The notes under the pieces are model-generated. The model saw only the letters and a list, made by a program, of their open reading frames with translations. It did no database searches and had not been told where the DNA came from. A stretch of 64,000 nucleotides of DNA from Burkholderiaceae bacterium (GTDB taxonomy: Bacteria > Pseudomonadota > Gammaproteobacteria > Burkholderiales > Burkholderiaceae_A), in assembly GCA_018402635.1 (NCBI GenBank), contig JAGYIP010000003.1, forward strand, positions 12,849-76,848. The letters are read 5' to 3'. How positions within the stretch are numbered: position 1 is the first letter of the stretch; every line of letters starts with the position of its first letter. The translations under genes and the position numbers were made by a program. Below, one piece after another: positions 1 through 8,999 of the stretch.

Positions 1-591
1 CTGGTCATCGACTCAAAGGTCTCTTTAAATGCCTACGAGGCGTACACCTGTGCAGAGAACCCCGAGGACCAAAAGCTTGCGCTCGAGAAGCACCTTCAGT
101 CGGTGCGCAATCACATGCGCGGCCTAAGCGAGAAAAATTATCAGTCGCTTGTGCAGGGTCAGTCCCTTGACTGCGTGCTTATGTTTGTTGCAATTGAGCC
201 CGCCTTCATGACCGCAGTCACCCAGGACGTTGAGCTTTTCAACGATGCCTGGAAGAAAAACGTCTTGCTCGTAAGCCCCTCGACGCTTTTATTTGTTCTT
301 CGAACGGTCTCGCATCTCTGGCGCCAGGAGGAACAGAACCAGAATGCTCAGAAGATTGCCCAGGAGGCGGCCAACCTTTACGACAAAGTCGTGGGCTTTG
401 TGGAAGACATGGACAAGGTGGGAACTCGCCTCAAACAGGCGCAACAAGACCATGAGTCAGCGGTGCGCAAGCTTACTGGCCACGGGGGCATTACCTCGAG
501 GGTTGAGAAATTTAAGCGCATGGGTGTGGCCACTCAGAAGCAGCTGCCGCAGTCGGCCCTGCTCGATCACGACCCTGAGCAACCTCTTTAA
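1..591 (+). CDS. rmuC: DNA recombination protein RmuC, 5' truncated by window edge
   Basis: Frame open from base 1 (LVIDSKVSL). Contains VLMFVAIEPAF, VSPSTLLFVLRTVSHLWRQE and LYDKVVGF, typical of the RmuC C-terminal half. Confidence 0.9.
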   Translation: MVIDSKVSLNAYEAYTCAENPEDQKLALEKHLQSVRNHMRGLSEKNYQSLVQGQSLDCVLMFVAIEPAFMTAVTQDVELFNDAWKKNVLLVSPSTLLFVLRTVSHLWRQEEQNQNAQKIAQEAANLYDKVVGFVEDMDKVGTRLKQAQQDHESAVRKLTGHGGITSRVEKFKRMGVATQKQLPQSALLDHDPEQPL

Positions 592-631
592 GGCTCTGAC
601 CGTCTGGCCTGCTGCCGCTTCTGGGCGAGCT

Positions 632-659
632 CACAGTTCACAGTCCACAGTCCACAGTT
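632..659. repeat. Tandem 7-mer CACAGT(T/C) x4 in a convergent intergenic gap
   Basis: Read directly: cacagtt cacagtc cacagtc cacagtt. Confidence 0.9.
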
Positions 660-665
660 CATCGC

Positions 666-1691
666 TCATAGCTCATGCCAGCGAGTCGATGACGAGCTGG
701 CAAGCAGCCTGCAGAAGGTCTCTGAGTCCACGTTGCCACCACTAATTAAAATACCAACTCGTTTCCCTTTTAACTTCTCACCCAGATGAAGCGCACCTGC
801 AAGGCTAAGGCAGCCCGTGGGCTCCACCACCATCTTCATGCGCTCAAAGAAAAACCGCATGCTCTGAATCAAGTCATCGTCCGAGACGCTAAGAATGTCT
901 CGGGCATAGGACTTGATGATGGGAAAGGTAAGCTCACCAAGGAACTGTGTCTGAGCACCATCGGCGATGGTCTTAGGTGTTGGAATGGAGACAATCTCAC
1001 CCTTACGAAACGACTGCTGGCCATCGTTTCCTGCTTCAGGTTCAACGCCATAGACCGCGCATGCGGGGTTTAAAGCCGCAGCAGCCAACAGACCGCCTGC
1101 AAGAAGCCCACCCCCACCAAGGCATATAAAAAGCATATCCAACTCGTTTACCTGCTCAAACAACTCAAGGCTTGCGGTCCCCTGGCCAGCAATAACATCG
1201 GGATGGTCATACGGCGGGATAAGGCGTGCGCCCCTTTCTTTTGCAATGCCAAGCGAGATCTCGGACCGATCTTGGGTGTAGCGGTTGTAAAGAACCACCT
1301 CGGCCCCATAGCCACGGGTTGCCGCAAGCTTTAAGGCTGGGGCATCTTCGGGCATCACAATAACGGCAGGCATTGCCAGCATCTGGGCCGACAAGGCAAT
1401 GGCCTGCGCATGATTACCCGAGCTGTAAGCCACAACCCCTGCTGCGCGCTCGGCAACGGGTATTGAAGCAAGCGCGTTATAGCCGCCACGAAACTTAAAG
1501 GCTCCCATGCGCTGAAAGTTTTCGCACTTAAAGAAAAACTCTGCGCCATACCGTTTATTAAGGCTGCTGCTTGTCAGAACCGGGGTGCGATGGGCAACAC
1601 CGTCGAGCCGGGCGGCGGCAGCCGTAACACTGGAAAAATTCGGTGGGGGTCGTTGCATGAGGCCGAGTCCTTGCGTCGTTAGCAGATTCAA
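666..1691 (-). CDS. PLP-dependent serine/threonine dehydratase family (threo-3-hydroxy-L-aspartate ammonia-lyase / serine racemase-like)
   Basis: KCENFQRMGAFKFRG (PLP lysine), SSGNHAQ, GGGGLL and ISGGNVD motifs; no ACT domain. Start may be the ATG at 1659. Confidence 0.88.
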   Translation of the reverse strand: MNLLTTQGLGLMQRPPPNFSSVTAAAARLDGVAHRTPVLTSSSLNKRYGAEFFFKCENFQRMGAFKFRGGYNALASIPVAERAAGVVAYSSGNHAQAIALSAQMLAMPAVIVMPEDAPALKLAATRGYGAEVVLYNRYTQDRSEISLGIAKERGARLIPPYDHPDVIAGQGTASLELFEQVNELDMLFICLGGGGLLAGGLLAAAALNPACAVYGVEPEAGNDGQQSFRKGEIVSIPTPKTIADGAQTQFLGELTFPIIKSYARDILSVSDDDLIQSMRFFFERMKMVVEPTGCLSLAGALHLGEKLKGKRVGILISGGNVDSETFCRLLASSSSTRWHEL

Positions 1692-1708
1692 ACCAAGATT
1701 GTGCCTAT

Positions 1709-2468
1709 TTAATCAAGCCGCCAGACATAACGAATTCGAGCCCAGGCCTGCCGGGCCACACCGTCCACCCGCTCGGGCTCAAACTCGCAGGCAGACAAGG
1801 CCTGTAATGCCGCCTGATCAAGCCGAAAGAACCCCGACGACTGGGCAACCCGTGACTCTCGAACGCGACCGTCTGCGCCAATTAAAAGCTCAAGCTGCGA
1901 GACCCCTTGCTCGTTATTCATGATCGAGCGCCGAGGATAGCTGGGCGCAACGCATTGAGCAGAGGCTCGGATACGGGCCTGGGGAAGCCCGTTGCTTTGG
2001 CCTGACGACGCGGCAGCTGCGGGATCAACAGGCCTAACAGGTGTAGGAGACGTCGGAGAATCTTGACGAGCCGGTCCCGAGGACTGCGTGGGCGGCGCCG
2101 CTGACTCTGGGGCCTCCCGCGTTTGATTGGTCTCGACAGCCTGCACGGGCTCGAGCTTCTCGGGACTCTTCACAGGCGCTGGTGACTCCACAGGCTTGGA
2201 TGGCTTGGGAGGCGGCGCCGCCGAGGGCCTCGGCGTTAACCGTTGGGCGGCAGGCGCTTGGCTTGATGACAGCCTGAGCAGCAGGCGCAGTTAATACAAG
2301 GGAAACCGGGGTAGCGACCACTGGGGGCTCGGCCTGAAAGACAGCCCCCGATGCATACAGCCCCATGGCGGCAAGCACCAGGGCATGGCCGACTAGCGCT
2401 GCAAGAAGAGCGCGGTAAAAGAGCTGCGGATAGGGGTTAAAGAGAAGACGGATGCGTTCGCGTGCCAT
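1709..2468 (-). CDS. tonB: Energy transducer TonB (frameshift near 2270-2285)
   Basis: The 2034..2468 frame gives an N-terminal TM helix with the conserved His (LVGHALVL). The 1709..2191 frame gives the Pro-rich linker and C-terminal YPRRS...QSSGFFRLDQAALQAL domain. Confidence 0.85.
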
Positions 2469-2562
2469 GGGCCACCGTAAGGTAGGCCCTTAGCGTAACG
2501 CGAATTGCCCACAAATTAAGCGCCAGCGCCAACAAGAGCAGCACAAAGAAGCCAGCCCCGCT

Positions 2563-3462
2563 TCAACGTGGCGCACGACTCACCCAGAAAATACCCAGCA
2601 AAATAAACGCGCCCCCAACAAAATGAAAGTCCGAAGGCGGCTCGTTGAGCAACAACCAGCTAATAAGACCCGCATAAAAGGGCCCTAAATAAAGTACCGT
2701 GCCCGACCGTGCGGCCCCGAGCTCTTTCTGCATAAAGGCGTAGGCAAGGTAAGAGAAGACGCCAGGAAGAAGCGCTGCAAGAACCGCCAGGCCGAGCCCT
2801 TCAGTGGTGAAAGCGTAGTCAGCCACCCAAAGCCACTCAAGGATCGTAAACGGCAACAGCACCAAAAGCCCACCGGCGGTAATTACCGCAAGCCGAGTCA
2901 CGGGCGAGAAGCGCGAGCTGACTGCCTTCATTCGGATGGAATAGCCAGTCCAAGAAACAACAGCCAACAAAATCCACAGGTCACCCGGCTGCAGCTCGAG
3001 CTCTGCAATCACCATAGGTTGGCCCTTGGTCACAATCCAGACCATGCCCAACATGGCAAGAACAACACCAATGGACTGCCGAAGGCTGAAGCGCTCGCCA
3101 AGGTAACGAACCGAGGCAATGGCAATAAGAACGGGCGCAAGCGCATAGAGCAGGCCAATGTTGATGGCCGTGGTTGTCTGGCCTGCAAGGTAAACAATCG
3201 CCCCGCAGATCCACATGCCCATTGCACCCGTTATTACGGCGTCTTTCTTCTCAAAGGCCGTAAGCGGCCAGGCGCTGCGAAGCTCTTTGTAGGCAAAGGG
3301 GAAAAGAAGAATAAAGACCATCGACCAACGTAAAAACGCAAGAAGATGGGCCTCAATAAAGCCTGGCGCTGCCCTGGCAACAAAATAGTTGGTTGACCAG
3401 AGGGCAGGCGTTACCCATAAAAGAATGAGCGCAAGCCGGTGGTTCCAAGCGGGATTAACCAT
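2563..3462 (-). CDS. DMT/EamA family transporter
   Basis: About 10 hydrophobic helices; LWSTNYFVAR, LAFLRW and YLGERFS motifs. Start placed at ATG 3462 because the longer ORF runs into the divergent gene. Confidence 0.85.
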   Translation of the reverse strand: MVNPAWNHRLALILLWVTPALWSTNYFVARAAPGFIEAHLLAFLRWSMVFILLFPFAYKELRSAWPLTAFEKKDAVITGAMGMWICGAIVYLAGQTTTAINIGLLYALAPVLIAIASVRYLGERFSLRQSIGVVLAMLGMVWIVTKGQPMVIAELELQPGDLWILLAVVSWTGYSIRMKAVSSRFSPVTRLAVITAGGLLVLLPFTILEWLWVADYAFTTEGLGLAVLAALLPGVFSYLAYAFMQKELGAARSGTVLYLGPFYAGLISWLLLNEPPSDFHFVGGAFILLGIFWVSRAPR

Positions 3463-3583
3463 AGAATGGCCGTTGAGTGTCTCATAGGCAAAGCCAGAGA
3501 CCCCCAGCAACCAGCCCCAGAAATTTACAAACACGGCCGTTCGCCCATGATGCAAGTTCAACAAGCCCAAGCCTTCGACAACA

Positions 3584-4804
3584 GTGCACGCCAGTGCCGA
3601 CCTGCCCACCATAAGCCAGCGCGAGCTTATTGGTCAGCCGGTTGAGATGCTCGATACGCCCTGCCTGGTGGTTGATGAGGAGGTCTTGCAGGCAAATATT
3701 CAGGCACTGCAGACATTTATTTCAGGCCTTGGCCTGAAGCTTCGCCCGCATGCAAAAAGCCACAAGTGCCCTGACCTGGCTAAACACCAACTGGCCGCAG
3801 GCGCTGTCGGCATCTGCTGTCAAAAGGTTTCAGAGGCCGAAGCCTTTGCCGCCCAAGGCATTGGCGACATTCTTATTGCCAATGAGGTTGTTGGCAGCGC
3901 GAAACTTCAGCGACTGGTTCGGCTGCATCGCCGCTGCATAGACCTCAACGGCCAGCTAATTGTCTGTGTAGACAGCCTGGAGGCTGCCGCTCGTATGAAT
4001 CAAGCCCTTGAGCAGGCTGCTGACGACCAAGGTGTAGCCAAAGCCAAATCCATAGCCATAGCCCCACTTTCGATCTACCTTGAGATCAATGTTGGACAGA
4101 ATCGCTGCGGCATTGCGCCCGGACGCGCTGCCGCAGACCTTGCCAAGGCTATTGAAGAGCAGATGCCCAGGCTCTGCCTTATTGGCTTACAGGCCTACCA
4201 CGGAGCAGCCCAGCACATGCGAACCCTTGAACAAAGGGCGGCTGTTGTTGAAGAGGTCTGCAACAAGGTAAGGCAGACACTTCAGGCCTTTGAGGCGCAG
4301 GGCCTTAAGCGGCCCGAGGTGATCTCGGGGGGTGGCTCGGGCAGTGTTGGCCTTGATGCACGCACAGGCCTTTTTACCGAACTGCAGGCAGGCTCCTACG
4401 TCTTTATGGATGTTGACTACATGCGCAACCAATGGGATTGCACCATTGACCTCAACTTTTCTCAAAGCCTGTTTGTTCTTACGACGGTAATGAGCCAGAC
4501 CTCGTCGGACCGGGCAGTTGTGGATGCAGGGTTAAAAGCCTTAAGCGTGGACTCTGGGCTGCCGGAACTGAAAGACGCACCAGGGCTCATTTACGAAAAG
4601 GCCAACGATGAGCACGGCCTGATTCAATGCAGACACAGCGAACACGACCCGGCCCTGGAGCCGGAGTCTTTGCTAGGAAAGAAACTCTGGCTTATTCCCG
4701 GCCACTGCGACCCCACCGTGAACCTTTACGACGAGCTGGTGGTTGTGCGCAAGGGCCAGGTGGTGAACACCTGGCCTGTGCTTGCCCGTGGACGTCTTTT
4801 CTAG
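3584..4804 (+). CDS. DSD1/D-threonine aldolase family PLP enzyme (3-hydroxy-D-aspartate aldolase-like)
   Basis: LDTPCLVVD, LRPHAKSHKCP, GLQAYHG, ELQAGSYVFMD, NDEHG and PGHCDPTVNL motifs. Confidence 0.88.
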   Translation: MHASADLPTISQRELIGQPVEMLDTPCLVVDEEVLQANIQALQTFISGLGLKLRPHAKSHKCPDLAKHQLAAGAVGICCQKVSEAEAFAAQGIGDILIANEVVGSAKLQRLVRLHRRCIDLNGQLIVCVDSLEAAARMNQALEQAADDQGVAKAKSIAIAPLSIYLEINVGQNRCGIAPGRAAADLAKAIEEQMPRLCLIGLQAYHGAAQHMRTLEQRAAVVEEVCNKVRQTLQAFEAQGLKRPEVISGGGSGSVGLDARTGLFTELQAGSYVFMDVDYMRNQWDCTIDLNFSQSLFVLTTVMSQTSSDRAVVDAGLKALSVDSGLPELKDAPGLIYEKANDEHGLIQCRHSEHDPALEPESLLGKKLWLIPGHCDPTVNLYDELVVVRKGQVVNTWPVLARGRLF

Positions 4805-4891
4805 TTCTTCAACGGTATCGGCCGTGATTCCGCGACGCTCTTTCACTTAAATTCCGCAGCACGCCTTATCGCCTTATCGCGTTGTCGTTAG

Positions 4892-5314
4892 TTACCTTTT
4901 GGTAGCGGATGCGTTGCGAACGGCGGCAAATGCCGCGGCAGCGATGCGGACCATGCTCGGGTGCAAGGTGCCCAACTTGGGAGTCTGCCCATGCGGAGCG
5001 AGGGGCGGTACCGAGAAATAGTCATCGTTGTACGGAAGCTCGAGCATCTTGCTCAAATTAAACTTGGTGTCATAGCTTAGGCCCGCACTGGCATAAGCGG
5101 CGGGATGTTCACTCTTGGTAATACGGAATTCGCCGCTGTAGAGCCGATCCGTCTTTTGACTCGTTCCGTAGGCCACGCTCACGAAAATACTGCCTTGATC
5201 GTCTTCCTTGGTCAAAGCGATCAGGCCAGGACGTGGCTTAGGCTTTGGATGAATACTGTCAGGGAAGTGGCACCAGACGATATCGCCTGCGGTGGGTTCT
5301 GGCCACCACCGCAT
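4892..5314 (-). CDS. PemK/MazF-like type II toxin
   Basis: GDIVWCHFP...KPRPGLI...VAYGTSQ matches the PemK/MazF N-terminal pattern. The start overlaps the upstream gene's stop (TAATG). Confidence 0.72.
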   Translation of the reverse strand: MRWWPEPTAGDIVWCHFPDSIHPKPKPRPGLIALTKEDDQGSIFVSVAYGTSQKTDRLYSGEFRITKSEHPAAYASAGLSYDTKFNLSKMLELPYNDDYFSVPPLAPHGQTPKLGTLHPSMVRIAAAAFAAVRNASATKR

Positions 5315-5595
5315 TAGTTGCTTTTTATTTCAAAGAGGCTGCTGCGCAGCTTGCCGCTTTTGGCCTTGGGCGCTGATTTTTTTACTTGGCTGAGTTGGGT
5401 TTTGGTGAGCGCGCCATCATCGGCTTCGTATTGAGGCAAGACTTTGGTGGCAAGTTCATGCAGTGCAAGATGAATCACTTGTGTTTCATCCACGCCCAGC
5501 ACCTCGGCCAAACGCTTGGCGGTGGTGCGTGTCACGCCGGTTGCGCTGTCGTGCGGGCGGTAGCGAAAAGCAATTTGAGCAGTAGCGGCTGTCAT
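5314..5595 (-). CDS. Putative antitoxin (small, possible ribbon-helix-helix-like protein)
   Basis: 93 aa ORF translationally coupled upstream of the toxin; GGAG RBS; beta-strand-like IAFRYR followed by two helices and an acidic patch. Confidence 0.65.
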   Translation of the reverse strand: MTAATAQIAFRYRPHDSATGVTRTTAKRLAEVLGVDETQVIHLALHELATKVLPQYEADDGALTKTQLSQVKKSAPKAKSGKLRSSLFEIKSN

Positions 5596-5612
5596 GCTAT
5601 TTTCTCCGAGTA

Positions 5613-5650
5613 GATATCTTTAAGATATCCAATGGAGTCGCACTTGTCAA
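5613..5650 (-). promoter_or_regulatory. Sigma70 promoter TTGACA-N17-TATCTT overlapped by palindromic operator GATATCTT-T-AAGATATC
   Basis: -35 at 5650-5645 and -10 at 5627-5622 on the minus strand. A perfect 8-bp inverted repeat at 5613-5629 covers the -10 and the start site. Confidence 0.78.
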
Positions 5651-5920
5651 CCGTCTTCCCGGTGGCTGCCCCCGCGGCTTTCGCCGCCCAAAGCGTGTAA
5701 GCGCCTCACCCCGCCCTACAGGACTCACAGCATGCAACTTGTATCGGACACCCAAAATCAGCATTCAGCATCGATCGCCTACTATCGAAAGCGATCGATG
5801 GTCGAGCGTGCGTACCAAGCACTGGAAGATACACTTTGGTAAAAACTTAAGTACGCAGTGGCGATGGTTTGCCGCGCGCACCTTTGAAGGAGAAATTCAT
5901 GCAAGTCACGGCAGACTGAA

Positions 5921-6490
5921 GTGGAGGCCTTTCTGCTGTCGACCGGGCTTGTGGCCCTTGCCGAGATTGGCGACAAGACCCAGTTGCTGTCTTTTGTTCT
6001 GGCTGCCCGTTACCGTCGCCCCCTGCCAATCATCCTGGGTATCTTGGTTGCAACCCTTGCAAACCATGGGCTTGCTGCCTATCTGGGCCATCTTATTGCC
6101 AGTCTTTTAGGTCCAGAGGCGCTTCAATGGATTCTTGGTCTGGGGTTCATTGCCATGGCCGCCTGGATTCTTATTCCCGATAAGGAAGAGGAGCTTGCAG
6201 CCGAGGACAATCAAGCAACAACCTTCTGGAAAATCTTCAACCTCACCTTGGTGCTCTTTTTCTTAGCTGAAATGGGCGATAAGACTCAGATCGCAACAAT
6301 AGCCCTCGCGGCCGAATTGCAATCGGTGGTCTGGGTCATCATGGGGACAACGCTTGGTATGATGGTGGCAAATGTGCCCGCAGTGCTTGTGGGCGAAAAA
6401 CTCGCCACCCGTCTTCCCGGCAACGTAATTCGAAGACTTGCGGCGCTTGGTTTTCTCCTTACAGGACTCGCAATTCTGCTTTTCAACTAA
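5921..6490 (+). CDS. TMEM165/GDT1 (UPF0016) family Mn2+/Ca2+ transporter
   Basis: Two copies of the family signature (EIGDKTQ, EMGDKTQ); hydrophobic. Confidence 0.92.
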   Translation: MEAFLLSTGLVALAEIGDKTQLLSFVLAARYRRPLPIILGILVATLANHGLAAYLGHLIASLLGPEALQWILGLGFIAMAAWILIPDKEEELAAEDNQATTFWKIFNLTLVLFFLAEMGDKTQIATIALAAELQSVVWVIMGTTLGMMVANVPAVLVGEKLATRLPGNVIRRLAALGFLLTGLAILLFN

Positions 6491-6569
6491 GGCTCTGCGC
6501 TTAAAGCTCGAAACAGACATACCTTCATTACAGACTTCGCTTTATTTTCTCTCTCAAGGATAACTCAAC

Positions 6570-7269
6570 ATGATTGACCTAAAGACAGCCTCACAAAAGA
6601 CACAGCCATTGCGTGCTCTAGCGCTTGTGGCAGTCTGCGCTGTGGCAGTCGGTCTGCCAGTGGCCCCTGCTCAAGCGCAAGAAGGCGCAGGCTACTGGAA
6701 AGACAGCTCGGGCCAGCCTATTCGTTCAGGCTTTGGTGAGTGTGTTCGGGCGGGTTACTTCGCGCCCAGCATGGCAACCGAGCAGTGCGATCCATCGCTT
6801 GCTCCGAAAAAGGCTGTAGCAGTTCCTGCGCCAAGCCAGCCTGCGGCGGTTGCCGCGCCCGCGGTTGAGCCCAAGGCGGCCTCTCTGCCTGTTGTGGTTC
6901 CCACGCCCCAGGCGGTAACCTACAAGGCAGACAGTTTTTTTGACTTCGATAAAACCAGCCTCAAGCCCGAAGGCACAGCCGGTCTGCTGCAGATGCTTGA
7001 GCAGGCAAGGGGAAGCAACATCGAGGAGATTCGGGTTGAGGGTCATACCGACGCCGTGGGCTCAGAGGGCTATAACCTTAAGCTGTCCATTCGACGCGCC
7101 GAAGCCGTTAAGGCATTTTTAGTTAAGCAGGGTGTGCCCGCCAACCGTGATCAAGACCGAGGGCTTTGGCGAAACGCAGCCTGTTGCGAACAACGCTACA
7201 GGCCAGGGCCGTGCGCAAAACCGTCGTGTCATGGTCGAACTTATTGGCAGCAAGGTAGATAAAAAGTAA
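6570..7269 (+). CDS. ompA: OmpA family outer membrane protein (frameshift near 7146-7149)
   Basis: Signal peptide, WKDSSG...GECVR, FDFDK and VEGHTDAVGSEGYNLKLSIRRAEAVK. After a +1 shift it reads IKTEGFGETQPVANN...GRAQNRRV to TAA at 7269. Usual position upstream of ubiG. Confidence 0.88.
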
Positions 7270-7322
7270 CCGGGACTTAACGTGCGCACTGCTACCAACA
7301 GGCTCTTCAGAAGCCAGGGTCT

Positions 7323-8048
7323 ATGAGCTCAACGAAGGCTCAGTCGCCATCTGCCAATGCAGATGCCGGAGAACTGCTTAAATTCAGTGAACTGGCCAGC
7401 CGCTGGTGGGACCCCACCAGCGAATTTCGGCCTCTGCACGAGATCAACCCTTTAAGGCTCGACTGGATTGACGGGCTTCACCCCGTGAAGGGCGAACGCG
7501 TTCTTGATGTTGGCTGCGGCGGAGGCATTCTTGCTGAAGCCATGGCCCGGCAGGGCGCGCAGGTTAAAGGCATCGACCTTGCTGAAAAGCCATTGGGGGT
7601 AGCCAGGCTGCACGCTTTAGAGTCTGGCGTTGAAGTGGATTACGAATGCATAGCCACCGAAGACATTGCGGCACGCGAGCCTGCCCAGTACGATCTTGTC
7701 ACCTGCATGGAAATGCTTGAGCATGTGCCCGAGCCCGCCTCGGTCATTCGCGCCTGCGCTCAGCTTGTCAAGCCTGGCGGGCATGCCGTGTTCTCCACCC
7801 TGAATCGCAACCCAAAAAGTTTTCTCTTCGCCATTGTGGGTGCGGAATACGTGCTTAGGCTTTTGCCGAAGGGCACCCACGAGTATGCGAAGTTCATTCG
7901 CCCCTCAGAGCTTCATGCGGCCGCGCAAGACGCAGGCCTTGTATTGCAGTCGATGATTGGCCTGCACTACAACCCGTTTACCAAGGTCTACTCCCTTGGG
8001 CGCAATGTGGATGTGAACTACATCATGGCCTTTAGCCGGCCCCTTTAA
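7323..8048 (+). CDS. ubiG: Ubiquinone biosynthesis O-methyltransferase
   Basis: [30 protein letters not shown] and CMEMLEHVP motifs. Confidence 0.96.
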   Translation: MSSTKAQSPSANADAGELLKFSELASRWWDPTSEFRPLHEINPLRLDWIDGLHPVKGERVLDVGCGGGILAEAMARQGAQVKGIDLAEKPLGVARLHALESGVEVDYECIATEDIAAREPAQYDLVTCMEMLEHVPEPASVIRACAQLVKPGGHAVFSTLNRNPKSFLFAIVGAEYVLRLLPKGTHEYAKFIRPSELHAAAQDAGLVLQSMIGLHYNPFTKVYSLGRNVDVNYIMAFSRPL

Positions 8049-8058
8049 AGAACGCAAT

Positions 8059-8814
8059 ATGCTTCCCGGTTTTGCGATGAATCCAGACACCTTGGCCAAG
8101 GACTGGAGCCTTCCTTATGCAAGACCCGACTGGCAGGCAAGCTGGTTAAAACACCGTTCACGCGCCGTGCTCTTTGACCTTGATGGCACCCTGCTCGACA
8201 CCTCCCCCGACCTAGGTGGCGCAGCCAATGCCATGCGACGTGCCCGTGGAATGCCACCCCTTTCCATCGATGAGCTTCGTCCCTATTGCTCTCACGGCGC
8301 CCGCGGCATGATTCTAAAGGCCCTTGAGGTTGGGCACGAAGAGCCCGGCTACGAGGCCCTTCGCCAAGAGTTTTTAAATTACTACGAGCAGCGTCTCTGC
8401 GAAGAAACCGCCTTTCTTCCCGGTCTCGATAAGGTTATTCACGAGATCGAACAGGCGGGTATGGCCTGGGGTGTCGTAACCAACAAATTTGCGCGCTTCA
8501 CCGAACCCTTGCTTAAGACCATGAACCTGCGCAGTCGTATGGCGGTCTGCATCAGTGGCGACTCGGCCGCCTACCCCAAGCCGCATCCTGCCCCAATGCA
8601 GATGGCCCTTGAACAACTTGGCCTACCTGCCCAGGCGGTGGTTTATTTGGGCGATGACCGGCGCGACGTTATAAGTGGTTTTCATGCGGGCTGCTTCACC
8701 ATGGCCATTGCCATGACGCCTGTCGAACTTGGCCCTTTGCCGCACGACTGGGGTGCCGATGCACTGGCCACGAATGCCAGCGAGATCATGGCGCTTCTAG
8801 GTCTTAATTCGTAA
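8059..8814 (+). CDS. gph: HAD-IA hydrolase (phosphoglycolate phosphatase / MupP-like)
   Basis: VLFDLDGTLLDT, GVVTNK, KPHP and YLGDDRRD motifs; follows ubiG. Confidence 0.82.
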   Translation: MLPGFAMNPDTLAKDWSLPYARPDWQASWLKHRSRAVLFDLDGTLLDTSPDLGGAANAMRRARGMPPLSIDELRPYCSHGARGMILKALEVGHEEPGYEALRQEFLNYYEQRLCEETAFLPGLDKVIHEIEQAGMAWGVVTNKFARFTEPLLKTMNLRSRMAVCISGDSAAYPKPHPAPMQMALEQLGLPAQAVVYLGDDRRDVISGFHAGCFTMAIAMTPVELGPLPHDWGADALATNASEIMALLGLNS

Positions 8815-8825
8815 TACACTGAAGC

Positions 8826-8993
8826 TGCCTGTGGTGCTGTGGCATTCATGTCTTCTAACCAATGCCCTTGCGCTAGGGTAAGGAAATTACCAGGCGGGAG
8901 TGAGCGTTCCCCGTCGAATGAACCCGAAGCCTGGTTGACCTCACCCACCTGAACTCTGGTTCGGGAGCTGCAACGCCACGGTATCCACAGGCA
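8826..8993 (+). ncRNA. ssrS: 6S RNA
   Basis: About 170 nt closed by a terminal stem (TGCCTGTGG 8826-8834 with CCACAGGCA 8985-8993). Internal AACCAATGC, ATGAACCCGAAG and CTGAAC-tct-GGTTCGGGA segments resemble betaproteobacterial 6S. TACACT -10 at 8815-8820. Not confirmed with a covariance model. Confidence 0.78.
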
Positions 8994-8999
8994 CCCCTT

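Noticed and set aside
5650-5920. yybP-ykoY Mn riboswitch upstream of the GDT1-family gene
   Set aside because: I could not identify its conserved elements by eye; an Infernal search is needed.
8815-8999. tmRNA expected after ubiG-gph
   Set aside because: The gap is only about 185 nt and lacks tRNA-like ends and a tag ORF; the features fit 6S RNA.
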